DNA of 63,893 nt, filler included, from Thraustochytrium aureum (Eukaryota), in the NCBI GenBank assembly GCA_012862495.1. It is 11 parts of 7 records of this genome, joined end to end, with 100 filler letters (N's around TTAATTAATTAA, not from the genome) between each part and the next. Parts side by side here need not be neighbours in the genome. Positions count along the whole stretch, not along the records: positions 1 to 15,187 come from BLSG01000146.1; 10 more parts are not named here. The stretch is one strand, 5' to 3'. Position 1 is the first letter of the stretch. Every line of letters starts with the position of its first letter. The notes beneath the pieces are model-generated. The model did no database searches and was not told where the DNA came from. It worked only from the letters and a program-made list of their open reading frames with translations. Positions 1 to 11,799 of the stretch are shown here, one piece after another. The translations under genes and the position numbers were made by a program.

Positions 1-142
1 GAACGAGTTGCCTCGTCCTCCGTGCCGCCGCATCTCGATAGCGTCTACGCGCGCCAAAACCGCCGCTACGACTAAATCCCCCACCAGAGACCTCCAGAGC
101 TGCCCGGCGCAAACTATCGTACGTCCCGCCAACGCGCCGTGG

Positions 143-1570
143 TCACGGGGAGACAGCTCGGAACGTGGGCTCCCGCGACTCGGTCAAACCGCGCTCACGC
201 AGTTCGAGCCCCTCCGTATCGCTGCCCACCGCGACTGCTTTGGTGTCCTCGACAGTTTCTGCCACGTTGCTCTGCCGCTCTCGCTTCGCCCTGTCTTCCT
301 CTGCCTTCTTGCGCGCCGCGGCGTCAAAGCTCCGGAAGGCGTCGACAATAGTCTTGACGTCTTCAACGATAACGGAGGTCAACGGCGGCGCCGGGGCCGC
401 AGCCTTGTCGCCCTGAGCCTTGACACCCAGGGCGTGGTCCGCATCAGCCTCGCCTTCTGTTTGGTAAGTTTTTAGGCGGCTGGGCGCTCTTGCGGCGCTG
501 GTTCTGCCTGACCTTTTCCTTGGGCGGGATCAGCCAAGCCGCAAATCCTGTTGCTTCTGGCTGTCTGCGCCGTGCGCTGGCGCTGCTGCTGCTGCTCTTT
601 GGCGTCGGCGCCGGCGAGCTCTCCGACTTCTCCCCGAGCCTGAGGTGGGACCCTGTTTTCCAGGCGTGTGCGAACCCCGCTCTCAGGCTGTGCGGGAGCG
701 GGGGAGGCTGGCCACTGCAGAGGGGGGATGATATACCGCGCTGGAAGGGATTTGCGCTGCTTTGCGCGAACCTTTTCTGGGGAGGGGATCATCCACTGCG
801 AGAACTTGTCTTCTTGGACTGCGTAAGTTTCCGCGAGTATGTGACTTGTTTCGGTGATTTTTTCGCCCAGGAACTCGCCAGCGTGGCTCAGTCTTTCCAA
901 AGCAGGGTTGCCGTGCTGGGGTTCGCCGTCTGCGGTGCGCTCTGCGTCGGCGCCATTCCCGCTGCCGTCTCCCGTCGCGCCATCGCTGGCACCGGTGCTT
1001 CCCTCACCAGTAGCGTCGTCTGCGCCGTCAGCGCTGTCGCCGATGGCTTTTAAGGCTTCGCCAGATTTGCTGCCGCTGCTTCCGCCGGCAGCTACGCTCT
1101 CCGCGGAGACCTTGCCGTCTGTGGTGGCCTCCTCAGCAATCGTTTCCGGGGATGCCGCAACGCCTGGACCCTCTGCCGGTGCAGCTTGGTCAGAAGCGCC
1201 GCTAATATTTGCCTCGGGGCTGTGGTTCGCTTGATTTTGGCTCGGGCTGCGCCGCCGCGTCGCTCGCGCCGCCGATTCCTTCGCCAGTCTTCGAGTGCGC
1301 ATCAGGGCCGCTCGTGTTCGCGCGGTCCTCGCTCGCGACGTCGGGAAGCTCCTTCGCTACGGCCTTCTCGCTGCCCTCGGCCACGACCTTGCGCGCGGCC
1401 TTCGCTTCGACTTGTCTGTCCTCGCCCTCCTCCTTTGCGGCTGGCGTCACATCCTTGTTCGCCGCGCTCCCGTTCACGTCGGCCTTGGCCCTCCCAGCGG
1501 CCGCCGCGTTCGCACTCTCCGCGCCTCCCCGGGGCGCCTTCGCCGCATGTTTCGACGAGGTGCAGCCCAT
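143..1570 (-). CDS. Low-complexity Ala/Glu/Gly-rich protein with N-terminal MGCTSSK acylation motif; frameshifted, 3' end uncertain
   Basis: ATG at 1570 gives MGCTSSKHAAKAP. Similar composition continues through ORFs 1202-1570, 472-1302 and 143-382 in successive frames. An internal FxxW[ML]IPxxEKVR motif occurs twice. Confidence 0.6.
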
Positions 1571-2300
1571 CGCGGCCGCCTTGCCGTGCAGGCCCTCAGC
1601 CAACTCCTCCCGCGCAGCTNNNNNNNNNNNNNNNNNNNNNNNNNNNNNNNNNNNNNNNNNNNNNNNNNNNNNNNNNNNNNNNNNNNNNNNNNNNNNNNNN
1701 NNNNNNNNNNNNNNNNNNNNNNNNNNNNNNNNNNNNNNNNNNNNNNNNNNNNNNNNNNNNNNNNNNNNNNNNNNNNNNNNNNNNNNNNNNNNNNNNNNNN
1801 NNNNNNNNNNNNNNNNNNNNNNNNNNNNNNNNNNNNNNNNNNNNNNNNNNNNNNNNNNNNNNNNNNNNNNNNNNNNNNNNNNNNNNNNNNNNNNNNNNNN
1901 NNNNNNNNNNNNNNNNNNNNNNNNNNNNNNNNNNNNNNNNNNNNNNNNNNNNNNNNNNNNNNNNNNNNNNNNNNNNNNNNNNNNNNNNNNNNNNNNNNNN
2001 NNNNNNNNNNNNNNNNNNNNNNNNNNNNNNNNNNNNNNNNNNNNNNNNNNNNNNNNNNNNNNNNNNNNNNNNNNNNNNNNNNNNNNNNNNNNNNNNNNNN
2101 NNNNNNNNNNNNNNNNNNNTGCAGGGACTGCCGCCCGGGGCTGGAGCTGGCCTGGTCGCGAACAGCAGGCGGTGGCTTGGTTTTCTGTTGGCGCGCGGCT
2201 TGCTCGCTGCGGCGCGGAGGACAGGCAGGGCCCTCGGCCTCGTCGGTGGCGTTCGGGAGGCGCGGGAGGGCGGTGCGGCGGGGGGGTGCGGCGCTGCAGG

Positions 2301-2920
2301 ATGTCGCACCGGAAGAAAGTCTTGCTCAAGATTATCATTCTCGGCGACTCGGGCGTGGGGAAGACCTCGCTGATGAACCAGTATGTCAATCAGAAATTCA
2401 GCAAGCAGTACAAGACGACGATCGGGGCCGACTTCACCACCAAGGAGGTGATGGTGGACGACAAGCTGGTCACGATGCAGATCTGGGACACTGCCGGCCA
2501 GGAGCGGTTCCAGAGCCTCGGGGTCGCCTTCTACCGCGGCGCGGACGCCTGTATGCTCGTGTACGACATCACCAAGCCCAAGTCGTTTGATTCGCTGTCG
2601 AACTGGAAGGACGAGTTCCTCATTCAGGCTGGGCCCCGCGACCCGGAAACTTTCCGTTCGCTGTGCTGGGCAACATGGTCGACAAGGCTGACGAGCGCCG
2701 AGTCACCGAGGAGTCTGCACGCCGCTGGTGCACCAAGGACACGGACCATGAGATTCCTTACTTTGAGACGAGTGCCAAGGAGGCCATCAACATCGACGCC
2801 GCTTTTTACGCCATTGCGCAGGCGGCGCTCAAGCAGGACAACCAAGAAGACGTCTACATCCCCAACACCCTCAAGGTGACGGCGCAGGACGACCGCTCCG
2901 CAGAGCAGTGTGGCTGCTGA
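2301..2920 (+). CDS. RAB7: Rab7-family small GTPase (1-nt frameshift near 2648)
   Basis: [44 protein letters not shown] and C-terminal CGC prenylation motif. Adding one A to 'ggaaac' restores [12 protein letters not shown]. Confidence 0.95.
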
Positions 2921-3298
2921 TTGGTGGTTGGGCCCGTCGACGAGCCCGCACGCTTGCAGGGGTCGGTAGATTGTGTTCCGCGTCCCCTGAGAGAGGCAAA
3001 GCTCCGCATGCACGTTCCGTTTCGCTGTCGCTAGTTAACCTACCCTCTCGTTGCCCCCGCTGTCGTTGCCCCCCGCCAAGCTAGTCTATTGTTCTCTCGG
3101 CCAGCGCGGTTGTGTGCAGCCCCCCGGCGCGCCTTGAGCCGCTCCTCCGCTGGCGATCGCCAGGATCCACAAGTCAACAAAGGTAAAACAAACAAAAACA
3201 CTTAGAAGAGCAGTGCGGCGCTTGCGCCATGGACGGAAGGCCTCGTCTCCCGCGCTGCTGTCGCGGCGTCGCGGGCCGCTTTGCCAGCGCGCCTCACC

Positions 3299-4544
3299 TT
3301 ACTTGGACTCGAACATGTCCTTCGAGTCCTCGATGTTCACCGAGTTTTCCATGTCCTCATACTCGAGCATGGCATCACTGACAATGACGCGCGAACGGCC
3401 CATGATTTCGTACTCGATGCGCGACTTTGAATTGCCATCCTGCACCATCCGGTTCAGAGAATTCCACGACGGGCGAAGCACCTTCGGGGCGATGAGGAGG
3501 TAGAACAGCGACGACACGAGCCAGGTGATGGAAAGGCACATCGTAAAGACAACGTCCAAACTGCAGACGTCAAAACCGTCGTGCGTCTCGTCGCACTTGC
3601 CCCGGTAGCCCTCTTGACCAACTGGGACGTCAAACACGCCCTGCATAACGGTGTCGCCCAGGAAGCGCACCCCGAGCAGCAAGAGGCCCAACAGCATGAA
3701 CGAGTCGAGGGTAGTCAGGTACGCAGTCTTTGGGACGTGCATCTCGATGACAACTTGAATGCCACCGTCGTAAGTGCAAGCTGCATGCTGAACTCGAATC
3801 GCGACTCGTTGAATGGGAACACGATGAGGCAGGTCTGCGCCATGATGATGAGCGCATACACGAATGAAATGTTCCAGACGTAAAAGGCGCTGCAGCGCTC
3901 CAGAAACACTTGTATGTGAAGAGCCGAGCTCATCGCCTTGACGTCGTTCTTGATCTGCGACTGGACGTCGATCAGGTCCCAAGTGTCGGCCATGGCGCTC
4001 AGCTCGCACTGGATGAGCCACTCGTCGTCCTTCAGGGACAGCTCGACCGGGAACTCGCCGCGCCCCAGGGCCCAGTTGTCGAAGGTGCAGTTGTTCGAGT
4101 GCAGCTGGATGTCAAGGATTTGCCGGTCGAACGGAAACCGGTGGTGGTCGAACCGTTCCTGGATGAGTGGCAGGATATTGTAGCGCCCGAAAACCACGTT
4201 GTTCTCGCTGTCGTACCAGTAGGAGACGTCGGTCACGATTGGCTCGGCGACCTCGTTGTTGAAGTCAAAGTGGGGTTGCCACTTGGGCGGCTCGGGCATG
4301 TTTTCGAATCGGACGCCTTCGCGCTTGGCGATCTTGATCGATTCTCGCGGCGTAAAGTAAAACAGCACGTTCACGTCGGGCCTAAACTGCTGCTCGACGT
4401 CGAGGATCGAGACCATCCCAAGCCGGATCCGCACATCTGCCCGCATCAAGCCGGCCGCTCGAGGTCCCGTCAGGCACCGCGGCCAAGCGCGCGTTGGCTC
4501 TGTCCACTCGTTGACTTACACACTTTGTCCGGCCCAGGCGCCAT
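3299..4544 (-). CDS. Cys-less (Pro-loop) pentameric ligand-gated ion channel subunit; 1 intron, 1 frameshift near 3752
   Basis: FDHHRFPFDRQIL Pro-loop motif and pre-M1 LER. Four hydrophobic helices: FYVWNISFVYALII; RFEFSMQLALTTVAFK; VPKTAYLTTLDSFMLLG; DVVFTMCLSITWL. Spliced N-terminus reads MAPGPDKVYVRIRLGMVSILDVEQQF. Confidence 0.85.
4437..4519 (-). other. Spliceosomal intron (83 nt) in the pLGIC gene
   Basis: GTAAGT donor, CTGAC branch-like site and GCAG acceptor. Removal joins T+AT (Tyr) in frame. Confidence 0.8.
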
Positions 4545-4786
4545 CTCCTGACGCGGCCTTGGCCCGCTCCTCCTCTGCCTCTCGCCTCTCGCGCTCGGCC
4601 TCTGCTCTCTGTGGCGCTGTGCTCTGCCGCCGTCGCCCTGTGTTCTGCCGCCCTGTGCTCTGCCGCCGCGCCTTGCTCCCGCACTGCATCAAGGTCGGTT
4701 GCTCAGCCCAATCTCGAGTCGCTCGACGTGCATGAAGGGTACATGGAGGGCTTGCGTGCACACCTGCTGTAGGTAGATTCCCGTGA

Positions 4787-4836
4787 CGCCGCGAGCTCAT
4801 CGCCGCCGCGAGCTCATCGCCGCCGCGAGCTCATCG
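4787..4836. repeat. 17-bp tandem repeat x3 (CGCCGCGAGCTCATCGC)
   Basis: Three near-exact copies visible, upstream of the pLGIC start. Confidence 0.9.
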
Positions 4837-6002
4837 TTGCCGCGCCCTGCGTACTACACGCCATCGCGGCACCGATCGAATCACGCGCTGGCCTGCGCGC
4901 AAGCGAGAGCGCACGGGCGTCAACCGCGCAAGGCCGTCGATCGCGCCATGGCGGCCCCTCCTCGAGTCCACGACGCCACGCAGAGCAGCAAGCAGCGGTC
5001 CGCGCTGCGCGCCTGCTCGCCGCCGCGCCGGGCCCTCCTCGCTCGGCCCGCGTCCGCGCGGACGGCCTGCGGCGTCCGACTTCGTCGATCGATCGATCGA
5101 TTGATCGATAGATAGATCGATCACCGACCGTTCGAGGACCAGACCCGAGTCGCGCCTGACACTCGCGCGGCGAGCTCGAGCCGCGGGCGCGCCTGCAGNN
5201 NNNNNNNNNNNNNNNNNNNNNNNNNNNNNNNNNNNNNNNNNNNNNNNNNNNNNNNNNNNNNNNNNNNNNNNNNNNNNNNNNNNNNNNNNNNNNNNNNNNN
5301 NNNNNNNNNNNNNNNNNNNNNNNNNNNNNNNNNNNNNNNNNNNNNNNNNNNNNNNNNNNNNNNNNNNNNNNNNNNNNNNNNNNNNNNNNNNNNNNNNNNN
5401 NNNNNNNNNNNNNNNNNNNNNNNNNNNNNNNNNNNNNNNNNNNNNNNNNNNNNNNNNNNNNNNNNNNNNNNNNNNNNNNNNNNNNNNNNNNNNNNNNNNN
5501 NNNNNNNNNNNNNNNNNNNNNNNNNNNNNNNNNNNNNNNNNNNNNNNNNNNNNNNNNNNNNNNNNNNNNNNNNNNNNNNNNNNNNNNNNNNNNNNNNNNN
5601 NNNNNNNNNNNNNNNNNNNNNNNNNNNNNNNNNNNNNNNNNNNNNNNNNNNNNNNNNNNNNNNNNNNNNNNNNNNNNNNNNNNNNNNNNNNNNNNNNNNN
5701 NNNNNNNNNNNNNNNNNNNNNNNNNNNNNNNNNNNNNNNNNNNNNNNNNNNNNNNNNNNNNNNNNNNNNNNNNNNNNNNNNNNNNNNNNNNNNNNNNNNN
5801 NNNNNNNNNNNNNNNNNNNNNNNNNNNNNNNNNNNNNNNNNNNNNNNNNNNNNNNNNNNNNNNNNNNNNNNNNNNNNNNNNNNNNNNNNNNNNNNNNNNN
5901 NNNNNNNNNNNNNNNNNNNNNNNNNNNNNNNNNNNNNNNNNNNNNNNNNNNNNNNNNNNNNNNNNNNNNNNNNNNNNNNNNNNNNNNNNNNNNNNNNNNN
6001 CT

Positions 6003-6440
6003 GGATCTGGCGGGGGCGGTGGCGGCGCGTTTGGCGGCGCCATATGTGTCCTGGAAGGCGTGGCTCTCTCGGTTCGCGGATGTACCATCCAGCACAACCG
6101 CTGCGAGGGAGGCCGCGGCGGCGACCACGGTTGGGGCTGGCCCGTCGGCCACGCAGGCCAGGGCGTTGGCGGGGGCATCTTTGTTCGCAACGTTGATGGC
6201 GGCAACGTCACAATCCAAGGCTTGTGGACCTCCTCGATCGCCTGGAACGTGGCGGACCTCGAGACAAACGTTTTCGACCTGAAACCAGGTGCGAGAGGCC
6301 CACTTGGCTCCATTCTTGCTCAGCAAGTCGCAGTCGCTCTTGGATATTTTCAGCACGTGTCGGCCCAGGCCCCGCTCCACTGGGCCTGTCGCTGGCGGCG
6401 TCGCTTCGCTGCCAGTGTACCTAGCAAGGTTGATCCTTGA
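6003..6440 (+). CDS. Fragment of a glycine-rich parallel beta-helix (GGAI-repeat) surface-protein-like gene; 5' part in gap
   Basis: GSGGGGGGAFGGAICVLEG..CTIQHNRCEGGRGG..GHAGQGVGGGIFVRN pattern. The 3' end is unclear (possible intron or frameshift). Confidence 0.5.
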   Translation, partial: GSGGGGGGAFGGAICVLEGVALSVRGCTIQHNRCEGGRGGDHGWGWPVGHAGQGVGGGIFVRNVDGGNVTIQGLWTSSIAWNVADLETNVFDLKPGARGPLGSILAQQVAVALGYFQHVSAQAPLHWACRWRRRFAASVPSKVDP

Positions 6441-7004
6441 GGACTACGTTGGCTGGGACCTGAGCGCCGCTGCGCCCTCCGCGAATGGAGCTGCCAATGC
6501 GTGAAGCGGTCTCGACAGTTTGCGAGTTGTGCGCGCGCGGGGCTGCCGTTCCGGTGGTTGAGCTTCCAAGCAGCGGCCTCGAATTGACGTTGGCCCCACA
6601 AGTCGCTGCCGTCCTTGCGCTGGGCCTGTCCGGCAGGTTGGCGAACGATTTCGAAGCGCCCTGGAGACTCCATCAGGAGCGAAAGGAAAGGACGGTAGCC
6701 TCCCCGTCTCTCGTCGCCGCTCACACCGCCTGCTCGGTCGGTGTCCAGCTTGTGCTGCTGGTGCCCCACTTGCGCAACTCTCCGCTCGCCCTCTGGCTCG
6801 GTGTGACTGCCATGTGCCCGGCCTTTTCCTGTGCACCAAGTTTGAACTAGCGCGTCACAGCACAGGTTGACGCAGGCGCACTGGGAGCCGCGCAGAGAGA
6901 GCTGCAGAACCTTTCTAGCGAGTAAATTACGAAGTATCTTGTTCAAAAACGCGAAGAGGGGCATTGGAAGCCACAGGAAGGATCCGCGCGTACCAGTAGG
7001 CAGC

Positions 7005-9318
7005 TCACAAAGCCGCCGCAACGACATCATAGTTGAATATCAGCGGCAAGCACCATTCGTCCTTGCTCTCTGGCGCCTTGCGCGCCCTGAAAGCGAGGTC
7101 AGCCAGGTCGGGTGTTGACTTGGAGTAGAAAAAGTGGTCCCGTGCCCTGTGCGAGAGCAAAACCTTGGGGTACGCAGTCTTTACAACGCTGTACGACATC
7201 ACTTCGTTGTGGAAGCTCGGCCCATTCGCCGGAAGCCGCCCCGAAATGTCGCCATACAGGACCTTGTCGGAGGCGTATAGCTGCTGATCAATGTTGAGCG
7301 GCGAACCGTCCATGGTGGACACGGAGATGAACTGGCCGGCCTGAATCTCTAATGGCTCGTCCAGGTCGAGCTCGACGTGCATGTGCTGCTTGAGCGCGCG
7401 CNNNNNNNNNNNNNNNNNNNNNNNNNNNNNNNNNNNNNNNNNNNNNNNNNNNNNNNNNNNNNNNNNNNNNNNNNNNNNNNNNNNNNNNNNNNNNNNNNNN
7501 NNNNNNNNNNNNNNNNNNNNNNNNNNNNNNNNNNNNNNNNNNNNNNNNNNNNNNNNNNNNNNNNNNNNNNNNNNNNNNNNNNNNNNNNNNNNNNNNNNNN
7601 NNNNNNNNNNNNNNNNNNNNNNNNNNNNNNNNNNNNNNNNNNNNNNNNNNNNNNNNNNNNNNNNNNNNNNNAACGACCTCCACGTCGTCCGGGCGCCAAT
7701 GCGACGGAAGCCACCTCAACCTGTACACGCGGCCCGCAACAGGGCTCGGCAGCCTCGTAAACACAAGAGTGGCTTGCGGGAGCTCGCACTCCTTGCGCCG
7801 AATGTTCTTGCCGGACCCGATCATCTGCGCGCGGTTAAAGACCATGCGCTGGAAAACCGGCTCGCTACGCGCACCCATTTGCATGGTTGACCCGCCCACG
7901 GTGACCGCGCCAGGCAAGGTTGGCGACTGGCGCACGTCGCGCACGCGAATAAACCCGCGGATCTTTTGCAGCTGCTTGGAGGTCCAGCGCGTCCCACGCG
8001 CCTGGTTCTCCTCTGGCGTTTTGGGGCACCCCTCGCCCTTTTTGCCCACGTGCCTTTGCTGCAGCATCAAATTGTTGTCCTCCCACCTGTCAGCTAGGTT
8101 GCAGCTCGACCCGGGGTGGTGCTGTCCGAGCGAGTGCCCTATCTCGTGCGCCCACATCCGGGCGGCGCCAGGGCCGAGCATCGTTCGCATCTCCGAGTTG
8201 CGAATGTAGACCTCGCCTTTGCGCATGTTGAACCGCGTCTTGAGCCCCCCAGCAAAGCGGCGGCAGGTCATGTTCTTAACGAAATCGCCCGTGGTCTTGT
8301 CGAAAATTTTCTTCGGCGGGAGCCAACACGAGCCAGCGCGCCCCGTGATGCGGCCGCCTCGACACTCTCCGTTCATGCCGTGGAACACAATTAAATTGGA
8401 AAACATGGGCGTCGTGTGGTAGAGGTCCCATGGCGTTAGAAGGTGCGGGTACCCAATGATCCAGTCAATAAAGTTGCGCATAAAGTTGTACTTGTCCGTC
8501 GAGTAGCCAAGCTTTTTCAGCCCGCTCGACCGTTTGACGGCCGCTTCGATCACCGGAAAGGGGTACTCTTTGCGAAACTCGCGCTCGTACCAGGCGTTGT
8601 ACTTTTGCGTCTCCGCGCCCATGCCAGGCGGCGTCCCATGCTTGAAGCTGTTCATCTCTGCAAGGTCCGGGCCCTCAACGTACGCCAAGTACTCGAGCGA
8701 CTGCTTGCGCGAGAGGTGGAAGGTGTTGAGAAGGTCCTCGCGGCTGATCCGCAAGTATATATTTCCACGCGCGTAAATGTCGACCACGAGCTGGAAAAAC
8801 TCGACCATCTCCTCCGGCTGGTACATGTCGTCGATGAGCCCAAAGTCGTCCGTGAGCCGGATCACGCTCGCATCATAGACCAAGCGGCTCACGTTGCGAA
8901 AGTCGGGCAGGATGTGCTCCTCACGAAAGGGCAAGTACACCGCGCCAGGGTCTTGCACCGCTGGCGTCTCGAACGGGTGGCCCTGCAGCCGCTGCTCGCT
9001 TGCCTCGGCTCCAAGCCGTACACTAAAGTCCCGCCTCCGCCTCTCTGGGTGCCAACCCCGCGGCTCGCCAAACTCAAAGCTTGCCGCCGCGGGGTCCCCC
9101 TCCTCGAACACCTCGGGCAGTGCAGAGCTTTCATCGTCAGACGACCCTGTGACATCATCCACTGTCCACCGCGACCCAGACGCGGGGTCGCGCACTGCAA
9201 CAACACGGACGACGTCCAGATTCTCGAGGTTTCGTCCAACGTGCATCCACTCGAACACGACGGCAATGCTCAGCAGCACTCCGAAGAAGACCAAGCCGTC
9301 TTTGCGAGCCCACGCCAT
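7005..9318 (-). CDS. Metzincin zinc metallopeptidase with N-terminal signal anchor (spans gap 7402-7671)
   Basis: HEIGHSLGQHH (HExxHxxGxxH) followed by NNLM Met-turn. Hydrophobic LVFFGVLLSIAVVF follows Met 9318. ORF 7005-7382 likely supplies the C-terminus. Confidence 0.75.
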
Positions 9319-10174
9319 TGGCCCAAGCGGTCCGAAAGTCCCGTCGAGCACCGCGAGAAACCTACACGACGAGCTTCCGTTTTTCCCGCCCCGGCCGCAA
9401 CAGCCGCAGCGGCAGCGAGGCAGCAGCAACGGCAGAAGCAGCAGAGACGACAGAAGCAGCAGCGGCGGCGGCGGCGGCGGCGGCTCTCCAGCCCTGTTGC
9501 GCCCTGCGTTGCGTGCCTGCTGTTGTGTTCGGTCGTCCTGCTCGACCGTCTCCATGAGTGCGTCCACGTCACCCGCCGTCCCAATCACGTCACGTTCTCC
9601 GCTCCGTATCGTCTTTGCGCCTTGATTTTTATCCTCACCGCGAAACGAGCCCCCACTCGTTACTCCTTCGGAGTAGCGCAACGAAGGACCCCTTTACGTC
9701 ATACTCTGCTGGAATTTAACGTTGAACTTGGGTCGATTGCGCGTCACGAAGGTCGCACTCGTGTGAAAGAGACGTCTATGCCACGTCACCACAGAGATCG
9801 TCCGTGACGAAGCCGTCACCAACGGCTATGTATCACGAATCGCGATGCGAGATGCTTTTTTCTCGGAGCACATCGAGCATTCCAGCGACGCCTGCGCGCA
9901 GCGGCTGCGGCGTAGCAGCATTGGCGGACGCGGCGGCGGATAAAGGAGGAAGAAGACCGATACGCGCTGCAGCAGTCTGCGTTTTGGTCCACTTGCTGAA
10001 CCGACTGGCGGCAAAGGCGACTGCGGCGGCGCTTCGCTCGAAGGCGCGACACGTCGACGGCGCAAGGCGTGCCCAGGCCGCCAGACCCTGATTGGTTGGC
10101 TCTCTAGAGGGGGGCCTCGCCAGCTGGCCAGCTCGGGGCGAGGCGAAGCAGGATCCCCGCTTGGAGAGCAAAAA

Positions 10175-11799
10175 GTGGACTCGATCCTGGACTGCGAGCG
10201 CTTCGACGTGGACTGGGAACACGCCGTGGGGCCGTGCAAGATTGCCCTGCCGTGGCGCGAGATCGACGCACCATACTTTTCGCCGCAAAGATCACTTACA
10301 GACCTGCAAACCACGTTTGCGCCGAAGACTCGTGTCCCGCAAAGACAGTGGCGCGCCAAGGCGGCGATGAAGTTTGGGCTGCGCCGGGCGCAGCGCCAGG
10401 ACGACAATGAGGCGCTGAAGACAGCGCCTCTCGACGAAAAACGAGCCCAGCGATCGGTGATCGGAACAAAGGGCTTTCACTTTAGCTCTGCTGGCGCTGC
10501 GCGCGGTCGTCCATCGCCACGTACGGAAATCACACATTCAGACTTCGATGCGCAGCTGTTGCAAGGCCCCGCCCGCTCCTCGGCGGGGTCGTATTCGTCT
10601 CTCTCATCGTCCTCTTCGACGCGGTCCACAGCACGACACGACAGATTCCTCGATGACATGGAGCGTACGCAGCGCGAGGCGCGAGCATCGCTCAGTCGGC
10701 TGCGCGTCGGCTCTGATCCGGTCGCTGACCACTCCGAGTACGCTTCGTCAAGGCGCCGCGACATGACCAGCGCAGGGTCCAGAGAGGCCGCGCTTGCGCG
10801 GATCAAGTCAAGATCGGCGACACCTCGGCCCACGTGGGCCGGACACCCATTATTGAGCGTGCTCGAGAGGCGGACCAGCACAGGCGGACGCGCAGCTTGC
10901 TCTCGTCTCAGAGCGAGTCGCCGCGGCGCGAAGTCACAGCATACCGCGACAGACACACACGTATTGAGGAGAAAGCGGCAAGCCGAGTGAACGGCCACGA
11001 ATACGCGCAGGCTCCGCTTGCGTCACGAACAATAAAGTCCACGTCTGCCGCGCAGTACCACAACCACCGCGATCCGCGACGGGCGTACGACTACGAGTCC
11101 AAACGAGGCGAAAGCGACGAGGACGAGTGCGTTCACAACGGTTCACGCACTGCTTTGCCGCCGCGGTCGCCCTTGCAGGTCCCGGAGAAGGGCAGTGTGG
11201 AGAAGAGTGCGTCGGCGCAGGTTTGCGACAAGTGCGATTCGTCCAAGCACAAGACAGACGACTGTCCCTGGTTCAAGAAGGCGCGCGAGGAGCACCCGGA
11301 TAGCCGCGGTCGCAAGCCCCTCAACATCGGGGGCGACGGCAAGGTGGTCTACGTCAAGAACGCGCGTGTGAAAACAATGCCTGGGGACGGCAGCTGCCTC
11401 TTTCACTCGCTCGCCTATGGCCTGGGCGGAGGCACGAACGCGCACAGGTTGCGGCGCGAGATCGCGGCATTTATCGAGCGCAACCCCAAGCTCGAGATTG
11501 CGGAGACACCTCTCAAGGATTGGATCCATTGGGACAGTGGTCGTTCCGTCTCCGCCTACACGAGCCGGATGGCCGTGAGCGGCTGGGGTGGCGGGATCGA
11601 ATGCGCAGCGTGCTCGCACCTGAAAGGCGTCAACGTGCACATCTACGAGAAGTCACGCGCGCGCGGCTGGAGCCTCGGTGCGTCTGCGTACAAGCGGATC
11701 TCGTGCTTCGACTTGCCAGGGCCGGCAGGCAAGAACGCGCCGACTATCAATGTCCTTTACTGTGGTGGCGTGCACTACAACGCCCTTCTCCTCGACTAG
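10175..11799 (+). CDS. OTU-domain deubiquitinase with CCHC zinc knuckle; probable frameshift at about 10830-10860; start uncertain
   Basis: MPGDGSCLFHSL (catalytic Cys), WGG and GGVHYNAL (catalytic His). CDKCDSSKHKTDDC knuckle lies upstream of the OTU domain. Confidence 0.85.

Noticed and set aside
8443..9807. Long antisense ORFs (also 35232-36554, 37365-38285, 14065-14676, 32172-33056 and others)
   Set aside because: These are shadows of GC-rich coding strands. The opposite strand carries the recognisable protein motifs.
11215..11270. CCHC knuckle considered as a retrotransposon gag remnant
   Set aside because: It is in frame with an intact OTU domain, and no protease, RT, integrase or LTRs are nearby.
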